In this document: piece after piece, positions 10,916 to 22,439 of the stretch
How the letters are laid out: each line of letters opens with the position of its first letter
Position numbering within the stretch: position 1 is the first letter of the stretch
From: an uncultured Gemmatimonadales bacterium
Lineage (GTDB): Bacteria > Gemmatimonadota > Gemmatimonadetes > Gemmatimonadales > GWC2-71-9
Length of the DNA stretch: 64,000 nt
Direction of reading: 5' to 3'
Assembly (NCBI GenBank): GCA_963821525.1
Contig: CAWGED010000008.1
Location: 160,001 to 224,000, forward strand
The notes under the pieces: model-generated
Seen by the model: the letters and a program-made list of their open reading frames with translations, nothing else
What the model was told of the DNA's origin: nothing
The model's database searches: none
Translations under genes and position numbers: made by a program

Positions 10916-13113
10916 TCACCAGCCGAAACCGGTCCGGATATCGAACCGCAGCCCGTCGCCGCCATCGGTGATCGGATAGCTGAAATCGAAGCGCAGCAGC
11001 CCACCGGCAATCGAAACTCCGAGTCCCGCGCCCGATAGGACACTCGTCGAAAACAGCTCGTCCGCGGCACCCAGCCTGTCCCACGTCAATGAACGGCACT
11101 GGGCGGATCAGACCCTTGGTCAGCGGCCAGTCGGCCTGTGCGGCCCAGAAGGACTGACCTCTGCGAGTCCCGTAATCGAAGCCCCGGACAGTCGGCACAC
11201 CGCCCAACCTGAACTCCTGCTGCGCCAGCGTCGGCGACGTCGCGATGCCGGCCTTGAGCGTGAACACCGGGCGGCGACGTCCCCCGACCCACCGGCTGCC
11301 TCAAGCTGCCGAAGAGTCGCCCGGTCGCGGTCCCGTCGCCCGCGAGCACGTCGGCACCCAGCCGCCAGCGGCCGTGGAATCGTGAGCCATCGATGCTGAC
11401 ACTCGCACCGGCGAAAGTCCCCTCGTCTATCGGTGGATTGTCCGGGAATTCCCCGGAGCCGCCGAGGAAATCGTTGATGTGGGAGAATGCCTCGGTTCTG
11501 ACACTGCTCTGCACCTCGACTCGCGCACTCATGTTCAGCTCGACTCCCAGGCCGATCGAACTCTCCCGAGTGATCACGCCGCCCTGCGCCAGGTAGTAGT
11601 CGGCGTCGTCGTGGGCGACGAAGATGGCACCCAGTGAATTTCCGAGGCTTCGATAGCGGCCGAATGGATCCCCGCTCGCCATTTCCCGGTAGCCGCGCAG
11701 CCGCCAGCGAGCGCCCGGCGCTTCCCGGGTCACCGTCAGGGCGCCGGTCAGGCGGTGGTCGTTGATGCCGAAGCGGGCCTCTCCGGCGATCGAGGTGAAA
11801 GGATCGCCGGGCCACTGCACCCGGTAGGCAAAGCCGGGATTGAATCCCTGGATCTTGTTGTAGCGGACGATTTCGGAGAACTGGGTCCAATCAACTCCTG
11901 ATGTCTGCCGGCCGGTCAGGTCGGACGGCAGGTCCGCCGCCATTTTCTCGAGGTCGGATGCCAGCTCACGCTGCTGGCGCGCTGCGGCGGAATTCTCTTC
12001 GAACTGGAGCGAGTCCCCCCAGTCGGCGTACTGCTTGAGCGAATCGCCTGGCGCGCGATGGATCTCGAATCGTCCGCCGGGCCACCGGCCGGCATCGTCC
12101 CGCTCCAGCTCATCCTCCTTCAGCGCGCCTCCCTCTTTACGCCGCTCACGACCCACTTCCCGCAGCGAGTCCCGCCGTGCCTTGACCAGTGCTTTGACAC
12201 TGTCCGGATCGGTCACCGAGTCCGGCAACTCCATCGTGAACCGCACCGGTTTCCCGGTGTTGACCTCATAGTCGTCGAAGGTGGTGGAAGCCTGGAACGG
12301 AATCACCAGCTCGCCGAACCAGGGAATCTCCACCCGACCGCTGATCACCTGGCGGTACGGCATCCAGTACTTGGACTCGAGCAGGAAATACTCCAGGTCC
12401 GCATTCAGGCTCAGTACCTGGTTGATGATCTTGTTGGCCTTTTTGGCCTCGGAGGAATCCTTTCGTGTTGTCCCGTCAGGGCCGAACCAGAGATCGGTCC
12501 CCACGTAGCGGAAGGAGAATCGCACCACATCCGAGGTGACCGCGTCGAGCCAGAGTCGCCCCGCGACCAGGGCGCCACCTTTCCGGCGCGGCAGGACCTC
12601 AATCGCCAGCAGGTGCGCTGTCGTTCCGTCCGGAGCGGTGATGGTGACACTGTCGGATAGAGCGTAGTGGTACCAGGCGGGACCGTCTGGGGCGAGCGGG
12701 TGCAGCGCGGCGCGCTCGGGGAAATCGTTGCCGAAGACCCGGACCGAGTCGCCCAGCGAGCGGGGCACGAACCATGGCTGGTCGAAGACCGAGGAGATGT
12801 CGAACTGCTCGGAGCGGGAGCGAGCGCGACGTCCCAGAATCTCCACCCTCAGGTCATTGGGCGCCGACCAGTGGACCCGGCCCTCCTGCTCCTCCACCGC
12901 CGCGTTCGGCACCTCGGCCCAGCGCCGCCGGCCGAAACCAAAGGAGAGGCGGTAGCGGATCCGCGCGAAATAATCCTGGACTTGGGTATCCGCGTTCTGA
13001 TGCCGCTCCATCGCGCGCTCGACCAGAACCTGAGTCGCGCTGGAGGCGTATATCGTCGTGTCTGTTTGTGGAGCGGCCGTGCCTTGAAGCGCGGCCAGAA
13101 GTACCAACAGCAT
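10916..13113 (-). CDS. Outer-membrane beta-barrel protein (DUF5686/Omp85-like; 3' frameshifts)
   Basis: Signal peptide; amphipathic strands; FRLGGVPTVRGFDYG motif; C-terminal LRFDIRTGFGW after frame repair. Confidence 0.6.
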
Positions 13114-13182
13114 GGAGCCGGTCCGCCCGAAGCGAAGGTGAGAACCGTCGCTCCGTCGGACGGGTAGGGGCCCTCGCAGGTT

Positions 13183-14638
13183 TCAGGTTGCGACGGCCCG
13201 CCTCGCTGCCCGGGTCACCGCCGCACCGTGTCGGCTGTAAGAGAAGTAGATCACGAGCCCGATCGCCAGCCAGATAACGAGACGCTCCCAGGTGGCGATC
13301 GGCAGGCTGAACATCTGCACCAGACAGATCAGCGCCCCGGCAATGGGAACCCAGGGAAGACCGGGAGTACGAAAGGGCCGGGGGATTTCAGGCGAGGTAC
13401 GGCGCAGCACCAGGATTCCGATACAGACCAGCACGAACGCGAGCAACGTCCCCATACTCACCAGCTGCCCCAGAACTCCGATTGGGACCAGGCCGGCGGC
13501 CACGGACACGATCGCGCCAACCAGCGCAGTACTGAGATGCGGGAGTCTTGAATCGAGGATGGACCGCGCCGAATGCGCGAGGCAACAGTCCATCCCGGCT
13601 CATCGAGTAGAAGATTCGGGTCTGGCCCAGCAGCTGCACCAGCATGGTGCTGAACAGGCCGAACAAGGCGCTCACCTTGACTAGCGGGCTGAGCCATTTG
13701 AGTCCGGTGCGATCGATGCCGACAGCGAGCGGATCGGCGACGTTGAGCTCGCGATACGGCACGATGCCGATGAGCACGATCGCGACGGCAACGTAGATCA
13801 CGGTGCAGATGAGCAGCGAGGTCAGCATCCCGATCGGCAAGTCTCGCTGGGGACGCTTGGCCTCCTGCGCGGCGGTGGAAACCGCATCGAACCCGACATA
13901 CGCGAAGAACATCACCGCGGCACCCCGCAGCACTCCGCTCCAGCCAAATCTGCCGAACTCTCCGAGGTTGGGCGGTATGAGTGGCGTCAGATTGCTCTTC
14001 TGCACGAACGCCGCTCCAGCCGCTACGAACAGGATCAGCACCCCGGTCTTGATCACGACCAGCACCGTATTGGTGCTGGCGGACTGTTTGATCCCCGCGA
14101 TCAGCAATGCCGCCACCGCGATCACGATCAGCGCCGCGGGAAGATTGAAAACTCCCTGCACCGGAATCCCGTCGGGGCCGCTCATCGTGACGCCGGGAGC
14201 CACCGTGAGAGCCAGCGGCAGGTGAATGCCGAGATCATCCAGCAAGCTCACGCAGTATCCTGACCAGCCCACCGCTACCGTCGAGGCGCTGAGCGCGTAC
14301 TCGAGCACCAGGTCCCAGCCGATGATCCACGCGACCAATTCTCCGCTCGTGGCATAGGCATACGTGTAGGCGCTCCCCGCCACTGGGATCATGGAAGCGA
14401 GCTCGGCATAGCAGAGTCCCGCGAATGCGCAGCCGACACCCGCGATGAGCATCGACAGCACCAGCGCCGGCCCAGCGTTCTGGGATGCGGCGGTGCCGGT
14501 CAAGACGAAGATGCCGGTCCCGATCACCGACCCGATCCCCAGCGCCGTCAGGTGCATGGGACCCAGCGCCCTGCGCAGTCCGCCGCGGTCGCCCTCGGCC
14601 TGCAGGTCCGCGATGGCCTTGCGATGGAACAGGCTCAC
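13183..14638 (-). CDS. Amino acid permease, APC/CAT family (frameshift ~13540)
   Basis: LGIGSVIGTGIF, AGPA, CYAELASMIPVAGSAYTY, FAYVGFD, PRPFRTP. Confidence 0.92.
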
Positions 14639-14716
14639 TATGGCTCTCCGGTGAGGTTCGAGAGCCAAGATGGGAAACGGCTGGAAGAGTGGTGTTCGGG
14701 AAACGTCCGAGGCTGG

Positions 14717-15440
14717 TCAGGACTCCTTGACCTGAGCCGGAAGCGGCGGGCTCCAAGGTGAATCGGTATCCCGCCTTTCGCACCGTCAGGAAATGTCGTG
14801 GACTGGCGGGGTCGTCTTCCAGCTTACGGCGTAACTCGGCGATGTGGGTGTCAACAGTCCGGCTCATCACCTCGTCCTGATAGCCCCAGACCTCGGTGAG
14901 CAGCTCGGTGCGCGACACGACTCGCCCGGCTCGTGAGATCAGGGCCAGCAACAGCTGATACTCCTTGGGCCGGAGCGGGACGATCTCGTCTCCCCGAATC
15001 ACACTGTGGGTCGCGGGATACACGGTCACCGCACCGAAGCGGACCGATTCGGCCACTCCGTGAGTCCCAGTGGTGCGCCCGGCGCGGCGCAGCAGCGCGT
15101 CAATCCGCGCCAACAGCTCCATCAGGCCGAACGGCTTGGTCACGTAGTCGTCGGCGCCGACGCGAAGACCACGCACCTTGTCCGACTCGTCGCCCAATGC
15201 GGTGAGAATCAGTACGGGAGCCTGGTTTCCGCCGTCTCGCAGCTCCCGCAGAACCCGATAACCGCTCTGATCGGGCAACATGAGATCGAGGACGATCAGA
15301 TCGGGAGAGAATGAGGCCGCCTCCCGCAGCCCTTGAGCCGCATCGGGCGCGATATGGACGGTGTGTCCCTCGAGCTCGAGGTTGTTGGCGAGTCCCTGCG
15401 CCAGAGTCGCGTTGTCCTCGATGATGAGAATTCGGCTCAT
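14717..15440 (-). CDS. OmpR/PhoB-family response regulator (3' end uncertain; the ORF runs on)
   Basis: ILIIEDN, LDLMLPD, GADDYVTKPF, RTVDTHIAELRRKLE, TVRKAGYRF. Confidence 0.92.
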
Positions 15441-17095
15441 CGCTGAACGGGCTCGGTGGGTGGTTGGCAGGCCGGCAACGACACGATGAAACAGGCTCCG
15501 GATGGAGACGATTCGAGATCCACATCCCCGCCGTGTCCCTGAACCAGATCTTTCACTACGGCGAGGCCGAGGCCGCTGCCATCGGTGACGTTGCCGCGGC
15601 GCGCCACCCGAACGAAGGGCTCCCAGATGTGAGCCCGTTCCTCCTCGGGAACACCGGCCCCCTGGTCGGCGACCGTGATGCGCGCCATTCCATCTCTGCG
15701 CGCGAGTGAGACCGTAACGGTCTGCCCCGCGGGCCCGTACTTCACCGCGTTGTCGAGCAGGTTGAGCACGATCTGGGTCAGCGCTCCGGAATCGACCGAG
15801 GCGGCCACTGCCTCGTCAAGATCGGTTCGGACCCGCAGGGTTCCGGGCGGTGCGGTGGCGAGGAAGGAAGAGAGGATGCCTCGCAGACGCGGGGCCAGCA
15901 GTGCTGGTTCGGGCGCGAGACCGGCGAGCCCGCGCTCCAGTCGAGCGTATTGCAGGACGTTGTCCACCAGCCGCATCAGCCGCCTTGCCTCCTGGACGAT
16001 CGTCTCCGCCGCCGCGCGGCGCTCATCGTCGTTTCTGGCGCGCTCCAGAGTCAGCGTCTCCCCGTAGAGAAGAATCTGGGCGAGAGGAGTTCGCAGCTCA
16101 TGGGAGACGCTCGACGTAAAGTCCGAGCGGAGCCGGGCCAGCTCATGCTCCCGCCGCAATTGCCGCAAGCCGATCGCCGCCAGGCCACCGGACAGGGCCA
16201 GCAGAGCGAGTAGCAGTGGGAGACGTGAGGAAGGAGTAACCGGAACATCCAACCGGCTGGCCGCGGTCTCGCGCAACCCGACCCGCACCCGCAGAGCGGC
16301 GGGCGGATCCATCGCTACTTCGTGGGAGAACCGGTCGGCGGCGCCGGGAGCGGAGGCATAGATGGACCGGCCTCCCGCATCGTAGACGGTGAGGGTAAGC
16401 AAGGAATCGTTGGGCAGTCCTCGGCTCACCGCCTGTGGTAGCAGAGCTTCGTTGGCGAACACCCGTTGCAGGAGCTGGAGTCCCACGGCACTTCGGCAAG
16501 TGAGGAAGCCATACACCGCTATCGGAGCGCCAGGCTCGGCGAAGGCGCCGTATTGGGCATGCTTGATCCCGTAGACCAGCGCCATCGTCGAATCGTGATC
16601 CGCCCCGCCCACGGTCCCGAACCTCCGACCCGGCTGGAGCGCCTCCCACGTCAGCGTGTCAGTGATCCACCTACGCCGTGTAGGACTGGGCGTCGGTCCC
16701 ATCGTGGTAAGCGAGCCGTCGCGCAGGTCGAGTCTGAAGTGCAGCCGGTCGGGATCGCCCCCGGAGTCGGTGCAGCGGAGCAGAGGGGCCGCAGACGCGA
16801 CGATCACCTGTGGTGAGGGGAGCCGGTCATACGGCGAGGTTGCCCGGGTTCCGGTAGCCGAGCTCAGGGCATCCCGCATCTCGTTCTCGAGCCGGGTGGT
16901 GGCCTTGGCGATGAGCTCCCAGGACGCGAAGGTGGCGTAGTCGCGCAGCGCCCGCTCCGCGGTTACCCGACGGGAACGCGCCGCCTGTACGGCCTCGTAG
17001 GCGACCAATCCCGCGAGTGCCAATACCACGAGAAGGAGCCCGAGTAGCAGGCTGGCGCTGCCAGGCCAGGCGCGCCACGGTGAGGTGCGGCTCAT
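15437..17095 (-). CDS. Membrane sensor histidine kinase
   Basis: Two TM helices; SVSHELRTPL, NLLDNAVKY, DQGAG, GSGLGLA. Confidence 0.93.
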   Translation of the reverse strand: MSRTSPWRAWPGSASLLLGLLLVVLALAGLVAYEAVQAARSRRVTAERALRDYATFASWELIAKATTRLENEMRDALSSATGTRATSPYDRLPSPQVIVASAAPLLRCTDSGGDPDRLHFRLDLRDGSLTTMGPTPSPTRRRWITDTLTWEALQPGRRFGTVGGADHDSTMALVYGIKHAQYGAFAEPGAPIAVYGFLTCRSAVGLQLLQRVFANEALLPQAVSRGLPNDSLLTLTVYDAGGRSIYASAPGAADRFSHEVAMDPPAALRVRVGLRETAASRLDVPVTPSSRLPLLLALLALSGGLAAIGLRQLRREHELARLRSDFTSSVSHELRTPLAQILLYGETLTLERARNDDERRAAAETIVQEARRLMRLVDNVLQYARLERGLAGLAPEPALLAPRLRGILSSFLATAPPGTLRVRTDLDEAVAASVDSGALTQIVLNLLDNAVKYGPAGQTVTVSLARRDGMARITVADQGAGVPEEERAHIWEPFVRVARRGNVTDGSGLGLAVVKDLVQGHGGDVDLESSPSGACFIVSLPACQPPTEPVQR

Positions 17096-17186
17096 ACGCG
17101 AGAGTATGAGGTCGGGTGCGGGAAAAGCGAAAGGCCCCGCTCATCACGGGGCCCGGCACTACGGACGTTGATCGGTATCGCTTCGC

Positions 17187-17648
17187 TCAGCTCGCTGTGC
17201 GGGCCCATTTGGAGCGCCCGTCGCGATGTAGTCCGTAGGCCTTCAGCCTGCGCCACAGGGTGGTGCGGCTGATTCCGAGACTCTTCGCCGTCTCCGCCAG
17301 CTTCCAGCCATGGGTATCGAGCGAGCGCACAATCGCATCGCGCTCCCGATCGGCCAGGGTAGTCGGGCCATCGATCCCGGGGATGAACATCGCCTCTCCC
17401 AGCTCGATCGCTCCCACCCGGAGCGGGCGCAGCCGGCCACCCAGAGAAGCCAGGCGGGGCATCAGGCCCGAGGCATCCTCCCCCGGTCCCAGCATGTCTG
17501 TCAGTGCTTCGCGAGCTGGAGTGTTGGCGTAGAGCATCCGGCCGTCAGGGTCGAAAACCACGACCCCTTCACTGAACCCGTCCAGAAGCGCCTTCGCCAA
17601 CGGAGAGAAAACGGAGGGGAGCTGGGTTGGTGTAGTTGTATCCGGCAT
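17187..17648 (-). CDS. PAS-like + Fis-type HTH protein
   Basis: FSEGVVVFDPDGRMLYAN; TLADRERDAI...AKSLGISRTTLWRRLK. Confidence 0.8.
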   Translation of the reverse strand: MPDTTTPTQLPSVFSPLAKALLDGFSEGVVVFDPDGRMLYANTPAREALTDMLGPGEDASGLMPRLASLGGRLRPLRVGAIELGEAMFIPGIDGPTTLADRERDAIVRSLDTHGWKLAETAKSLGISRTTLWRRLKAYGLHRDGRSKWARTAS

Positions 17649-17821
17649 ATCGCGCTCTACGTCCCGGGGTCGAGGCGGGTTTCAGGCCGCTACCCAGCGA
17701 CCTGCTCCGCGACTTCATTGCAACCTGTTCTGAGCTAATCGGTTCAAACGAATCCAGCCGGCCCACTTCACTGGCCTTTGCCGAGGGGACGAACAAGCCC
17801 GCTGTCGGTTGTACAACTCTG

Positions 17822-18712
17822 TTACTCACCGACCATGGAAGCGACCGGCACCTCGCGACGCTCCCGCCGTTCGCCCCAGATCACCAGTGCCAAGCCCGTA
17901 AAGATGCCGAGGGCGGCAATCGCGGCCCGCGGTGTCACCTTTTCCCCCTCCAGCAGCAGTGGTGCGACGGCCGCAGTGAAAACCGGCTGGAGGTAGGTGA
18001 AGCCGGCGACCAGGTTCGATGACGCCCGCTTGAGCGCCCAGATATTCAGAAAGTAGGCCAGGATCGTGGGAAAGAGCACAATGTACCCGACCAGCAGCCA
18101 GCTCCTGGCGTGAACCGGACCCAGTTGGTGTAGCCCATACAACCCTCCGGGCAGGACGCCTATCGCCCCGAAAAGCATCACGTAGTAACTCACCGTGATC
18201 GCCGAATAGCGATCCAGCATCCGCCGCACCAGCACCAGGTACGCCGCGTACGCCATCATGGCGACGACGATCATCGCATTCCCAAGAGCAAGACCCGGTG
18301 CGAGAGACACCCGATCGGGTCCGATGAGGTACACAGCCGCGGAGCCGGCGAGCAGGATACCGAGAACTTTGGAGGTCGAAGGGGATTCCTTCCGGAACAG
18401 GAGTGAACCGAGGACGGTAAATACCGGCACCAGCGTCACCAGAATCGTGGCGTTGACCGCGGTCGTATGACGGAGCCCGAGGAGGAACAAGGATTGATTG
18501 GCCGCAACACCTAGCAGGCCCATCAGCGCGAGACTGCGGAGATCAGCCCGGTCTCGCACCGGCTGGAGCCTGAGTGCCCGGTGAGCGACGGCAAGCACCG
18601 TGGCCGCTCCGCCGATCCGCGCCAGGATCAGGACGCCCGGCGGGATCTCCTGCATGACCAGTTTCCCCACGATGGCGAGACTCGCCATGAGGGCCTGGAC
18701 CAGGATCAGCAC
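17822..18712 (-). CDS. DMT/EamA family transporter
   Basis: About 10 hydrophobic helices; GLRHTTAVNA, YLQPVF. Confidence 0.88.
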   Translation of the reverse strand: MLILVQALMASLAIVGKLVMQEIPPGVLILARIGGAATVLAVAHRALRLQPVRDRADLRSLALMGLLGVAANQSLFLLGLRHTTAVNATILVTLVPVFTVLGSLLFRKESPSTSKVLGILLAGSAAVYLIGPDRVSLAPGLALGNAMIVVAMMAYAAYLVLVRRMLDRYSAITVSYYVMLFGAIGVLPGGLYGLHQLGPVHARSWLLVGYIVLFPTILAYFLNIWALKRASSNLVAGFTYLQPVFTAAVAPLLLEGEKVTPRAAIAALGIFTGLALVIWGERRERREVPVASMVGE

Positions 18713-18732
18713 CAGATGGACGATGCGGCCTC

Positions 18733-21279
18733 CTAGCGGTGTCTGCGGCGACGAGGCCGCGCGCGGGGTTCGTTGCGGGGAAGGCTCATCAAGGCAACGC
18801 GTAGCTCCGCTAGCGAAGCCGCGCGAACGGCCGGATGCCTGCCGCGCACCACGGTGAACCGGACCGGACGATCGAGCGGCGGGATCTCGCGTTCATGTAA
18901 TCGTCGTGCCTGGCCTTCGCGCAGGCGCAATCGGACCACCCCCGTGCCCGACTCGACCTCGTAATCGAGCGGGACAGCGTCGCCGTGCAATCGGACTATC
19001 GATGGAAGGGACATCAGCCGGTCGCGAACCTCTGGAGCCACCAGCGCTCCGACTTCCAGCGACAACCGCGTGCCCAGAAAGCCCTGCCAGCTGGTGACGT
19101 GCTTCAACTGGTCCAGAAGGTTGGCTCGGACCGCTGACTGCTCAATTGCCGCAAGCGTCCCTCCCGATCTCCGCCACAGCTCACCCAGTTCGTCCAGCAC
19201 GCGACGGAGACGAGGCTGATCGGGATGAATCGTCTCCCCGGCCAGAAGGGCATCGACCAGTCCCTCGGGTAATGCCTCGCGTAGTTCCGGCGGGACCTCC
19301 CCATGGAGGGGCTCGCGAACGTGCTCCAGCTCAAAACCGAAATAGTCCAGCCTCCGGGTCACCACGAGATGCTGATCGCGGCGCGATCCAGCCATCTCGA
19401 TGCGCGGGGAGCCTCGGACCGCGTAACGCCGCACGAGGTCGTACGGAATGGTGGTTCCCTCGATAGCGGCGCGGGAGATTCCGTAGCGATCCGCGAAATA
19501 GCGCAGGCCTCCCGCAACCGCGCCCCAGCTCCCCGCCATCGACCCTCGGCTTACTCGCGCCTCCTGGCCGTCGGCCGTGTGTTCGTCGATTACCAGATCG
19601 AAAGGCATGATCCGGGCGACCAGATCGATGAACTCCTGCTGCAGCTCGCGGCCGAGATCGGGAAGCTTGTTTGGTAACTCGAGTTCCAGCGCGCGAAAAA
19701 CCGATGCAGTTCCCAGGGCCACATCTTCGATTGCCTTGATCAGGACGCCACGCCGTTCCGCCCACTCCTCCATCCCCTCGTCGAAGACGTGCCGGGGAAG
19801 CCCGTAGACTTCTCCGAGATAGCCATGCCGATTCACCGCTTCGGCATAGAGGCGGTAGGCGGTGAGATGATCGCTTCCGTTGACCTTCACGCCTTCCAGG
19901 TTGCGCTCTTCCCGGGTCATCCGGTGGAGCGACTCGATGTTGGAACAGACGGCGACTATCGGCAGCAGACCCGTGCCGGCGTTGACCAGCAGCTCGCCCC
20001 AGGCACGCTCGACCGGCATCGCCTCGACCTCGCGCCCGTAGGGCGTGAGTTTCCCATCGGCCACCAACCCGCGAGAGGTAAGCAGCCCGAGGGCTCGCTT
20101 ATAAGCGATTCGATCGAGGGCAACTGGCAGGTCGAGATCGCTGGCATCGACTCCGATAGCGGCACAGGTAATCGCTACCCGTTCCGCGTCGCCCGCAAGC
20201 TGGAATTCGGGAGGCGTTGGACGCAATTGCTCGAAGACGAGGCGGCGGTCGCTGAGGATGAAGACCTGTCCGTCAGAAACCCGACCGTGCACCCGCCCCG
20301 CCATTTGCAGGATCTCGTTGGCACCGAGGTAGAGCCGGTGCAGAACGTTCCGCCCGCGCTCGACCACGTTGGCGTAGCGGGCGTCGTAAATCACCACCGT
20401 GTCGAGGCCTCGGATATTCAGCGCCGATTGTCCTGCCGCCGTCATGGCCAGGAGAAATGGCGGGCGCGCTTCTCCCTCCAGGAACGGTCGTAGCACCCTG
20501 ATAGGCTCGCCGCCGTGATAGAACGCGGCAGTGAGACGGGGCCACCGTTCTCCCAGACCCTGCGCCAGTTGTTCCACTTCCGCTCGGGTTGGCACGAACA
20601 CCGCGACACCGCGCTTCTCCTTGATCACGTGCCGCAGGAATTTCTCGTCCAGAAATTCTTCCGCCCGCATCGGGATCACCTTGACCCGCGCCTTCAGCGC
20701 AGGATCGAAGGCCGAGCTCTCCAGCACCTCGCTGCTGCCGAGGTAACGGGCGTAGAAGGCGGGATCCACGGTGGCGCTGAGCCAGATGAAGCGGCATCCA
20801 GCTCGCTTCCCCAGAGCGAGGCAGAGCTCGAGCTCGGCGGAAGTCTGATGAATCTCATCCGCGATGAGCGTATCGCGGCCGGTGATGAGGCCGTCCTCGA
20901 ACCAGCGGCGTGCGATACCGGTCGTCACGATCACGACATTCCAGGACGGCGTCTCCGGAGTCGCTTCCCGCTCCCGGTTCACGACTCCGACTTGAAGCGG
21001 CGCGTGCAGGATCGATTCGGCGATGGGCCGGATGGCGAGTGTTTTTCCGACGCCGGTACCAGCCACGATGCCGAAGCCCTTCCCCGCCGCGGCCCATTCT
21101 CTCAGCTCCCTACCGTGCTCCCTCTCGAGCAGAGTATCGATGTGGAGTGCCGTCGCCAGCTCAATGGTCTCACAGGCCGCGCGGGTCGGGGCAATGACGA
21201 CGACTCGGCCTCGCGGATGCGGGGCGCGGCGATATGCCTCGAGATCGAGTGGGAGCTGGTGATTGCGGGCTGGGTGCAC
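18733..21279 (-). CDS. SF2 DExH-box helicase (HrpA/HrpB-like)
   Basis: GTGVGKT, DEIH, SAT, FVPTRAEV, QMAGRVHGR, LTPYGREV. Confidence 0.85.
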   Translation of the reverse strand: MHPARNHQLPLDLEAYRRAPHPRGRVVVIAPTRAACETIELATALHIDTLLEREHGRELREWAAAGKGFGIVAGTGVGKTLAIRPIAESILHAPLQVGVVNREREATPETPSWNVVIVTTGIARRWFEDGLITGRDTLIADEIHQTSAELELCLALGKRAGCRFIWLSATVDPAFYARYLGSSEVLESSAFDPALKARVKVIPMRAEEFLDEKFLRHVIKEKRGVAVFVPTRAEVEQLAQGLGERWPRLTAAFYHGGEPIRVLRPFLEGEARPPFLLAMTAAGQSALNIRGLDTVVIYDARYANVVERGRNVLHRLYLGANEILQMAGRVHGRVSDGQVFILSDRRLVFEQLRPTPPEFQLAGDAERVAITCAAIGVDASDLDLPVALDRIAYKRALGLLTSRGLVADGKLTPYGREVEAMPVERAWGELLVNAGTGLLPIVAVCSNIESLHRMTREERNLEGVKVNGSDHLTAYRLYAEAVNRHGYLGEVYGLPRHVFDEGMEEWAERRGVLIKAIEDVALGTASVFRALELELPNKLPDLGRELQQEFIDLVARIMPFDLVIDEHTADGQEARVSRGSMAGSWGAVAGGLRYFADRYGISRAAIEGTTIPYDLVRRYAVRGSPRIEMAGSRRDQHLVVTRRLDYFGFELEHVREPLHGEVPPELREALPEGLVDALLAGETIHPDQPRLRRVLDELGELWRRSGGTLAAIEQSAVRANLLDQLKHVTSWQGFLGTRLSLEVGALVAPEVRDRLMSLPSIVRLHGDAVPLDYEVESGTGVVRLRLREGQARRLHEREIPPLDRPVRFTVVRGRHPAVRAASLAELRVALMSLPRNEPRARPRRRRHR

Positions 21280-21288
21280 AACTAAAGA

Positions 21289-21633
21289 CTAGTTGCGCAC
21301 GAACGCTATCGTCACCACCGCGTGGGGTTTCCGGACCTTCCGAATGGAGTCTTCCGCGAGCACCACGCTCCGGGTGATCTGAACCAATGAAGCTGGCCCC
21401 GGACGAGCGGCGGGGTCGAAAGCCTCCCTTAAGGCGAGCTGAACGGGCTCAACTGAAACGACCCTGGCCGACACTTGCAGAGCGCCCTGCTTCTGAGCTT
21501 GGGCGGCTGGGATTGGACCCAACAGGGTCAGGGCGGCGACGAGAACTGCTCCCCGTAGGCAGCATGGGGAGGTAGCGGCACGCGGCTCGGGGAGAGCCAC
21601 GTCCCGCGGTCGGGATGGAAGAGATTGGCACAT
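21289..21633 (-). CDS. Small secreted hypothetical protein
   Basis: Hydrophobic signal ending AQA; LQVSARVV; C-terminal VVTIAF. Confidence 0.5.
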   Translation of the reverse strand: MCQSLPSRPRDVALPEPRAATSPCCLRGAVLVAALTLLGPIPAAQAQKQGALQVSARVVSVEPVQLALREAFDPAARPGPASLVQITRSVVLAEDSIRKVRKPHAVVTIAFVRN

Positions 21634-21847
21634 GACGACTTGGCCTTCCTGGCGGAGGTACTAAAACTGCCCAAAATGCGACTGGTTGTGTCTAATAGAT
21701 AGACACCAGAAATTGCATGTTTTGAACGACTTACCACGTGCAGCAGACAGGTTTAAGACAAGCGGCACACTGGTTGCCCTACCCCGGCTGTCCGGAGCTG
21801 ACACTCCGACCGCGGTTCTCTCAACTCCAACAGGTGAGGCTAGGGCA

Positions 21848-22342
21848 ATGCGCACTACAATCCGAGTATCGGCCGTCTTGGCCGCTGTCTTGAGCCTGGG
21901 CGCTTTGCCGGCCATGGCTCAGAGTGCCAACATCAACGCCGTCGCCAACGTCTTTCAGGCGATTACCGTGACCGGGGCCCAGACGTTGGATTTCGGCAAC
22001 GTCTTTCCCGGCGTGGCCAAGACCATTGCTGTCACCGACCCCACCAGCGGCAGGTTCGACCTCGCGGGTCAGGGCAGCGCTCCGGTGCAGTTGACCTTTA
22101 CTCTGCCAGTGAACCTGATCAGCGGCGCCAACAGTCTGCCGATCGCGACCTGGACCGGCTGCACCAATCCGACGAACACGACTGCCAGCTGCACCGGCTT
22201 TACCCCGTCCGGCACGGCCACCGCGAGCGCGTTCAGCGGTGCGGGTGCCTTGTTCGTGTTTGTTGGTGCTACCGTCTCGCCGGCCGCAGCCCAAGCCGCC
22301 GGGGCTTACACCGGCACCGTTACCCTGACGGCGAACTACTAA
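21848..22342 (+). CDS. Pilin-like secreted protein (DUF4402/Csu-type)
   Basis: Signal peptide; ANINAVANV, LDFGNV, Cys pair, FVGATV...AGAYTGTVTLTANY. Confidence 0.75.
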   Translation: MRTTIRVSAVLAAVLSLGALPAMAQSANINAVANVFQAITVTGAQTLDFGNVFPGVAKTIAVTDPTSGRFDLAGQGSAPVQLTFTLPVNLISGANSLPIATWTGCTNPTNTTASCTGFTPSGTATASAFSGAGALFVFVGATVSPAAAQAAGAYTGTVTLTANY

Positions 22343-22439
22343 CATCGACCGAAGGGCTTTCCGGGCGTCTCACGGGTGACATGGACTCGGCTATCTTGCT
22401 CGAGTCCTCCACCCGTGGGGCCCGCCCCGGGATTCCCAC

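Noticed and set aside
14235..14716. Extended C-terminus of the response regulator overlapping the permease
   Set aside because: Non-homologous run-on sequence after the winged-helix end; likely an indel near the true stop
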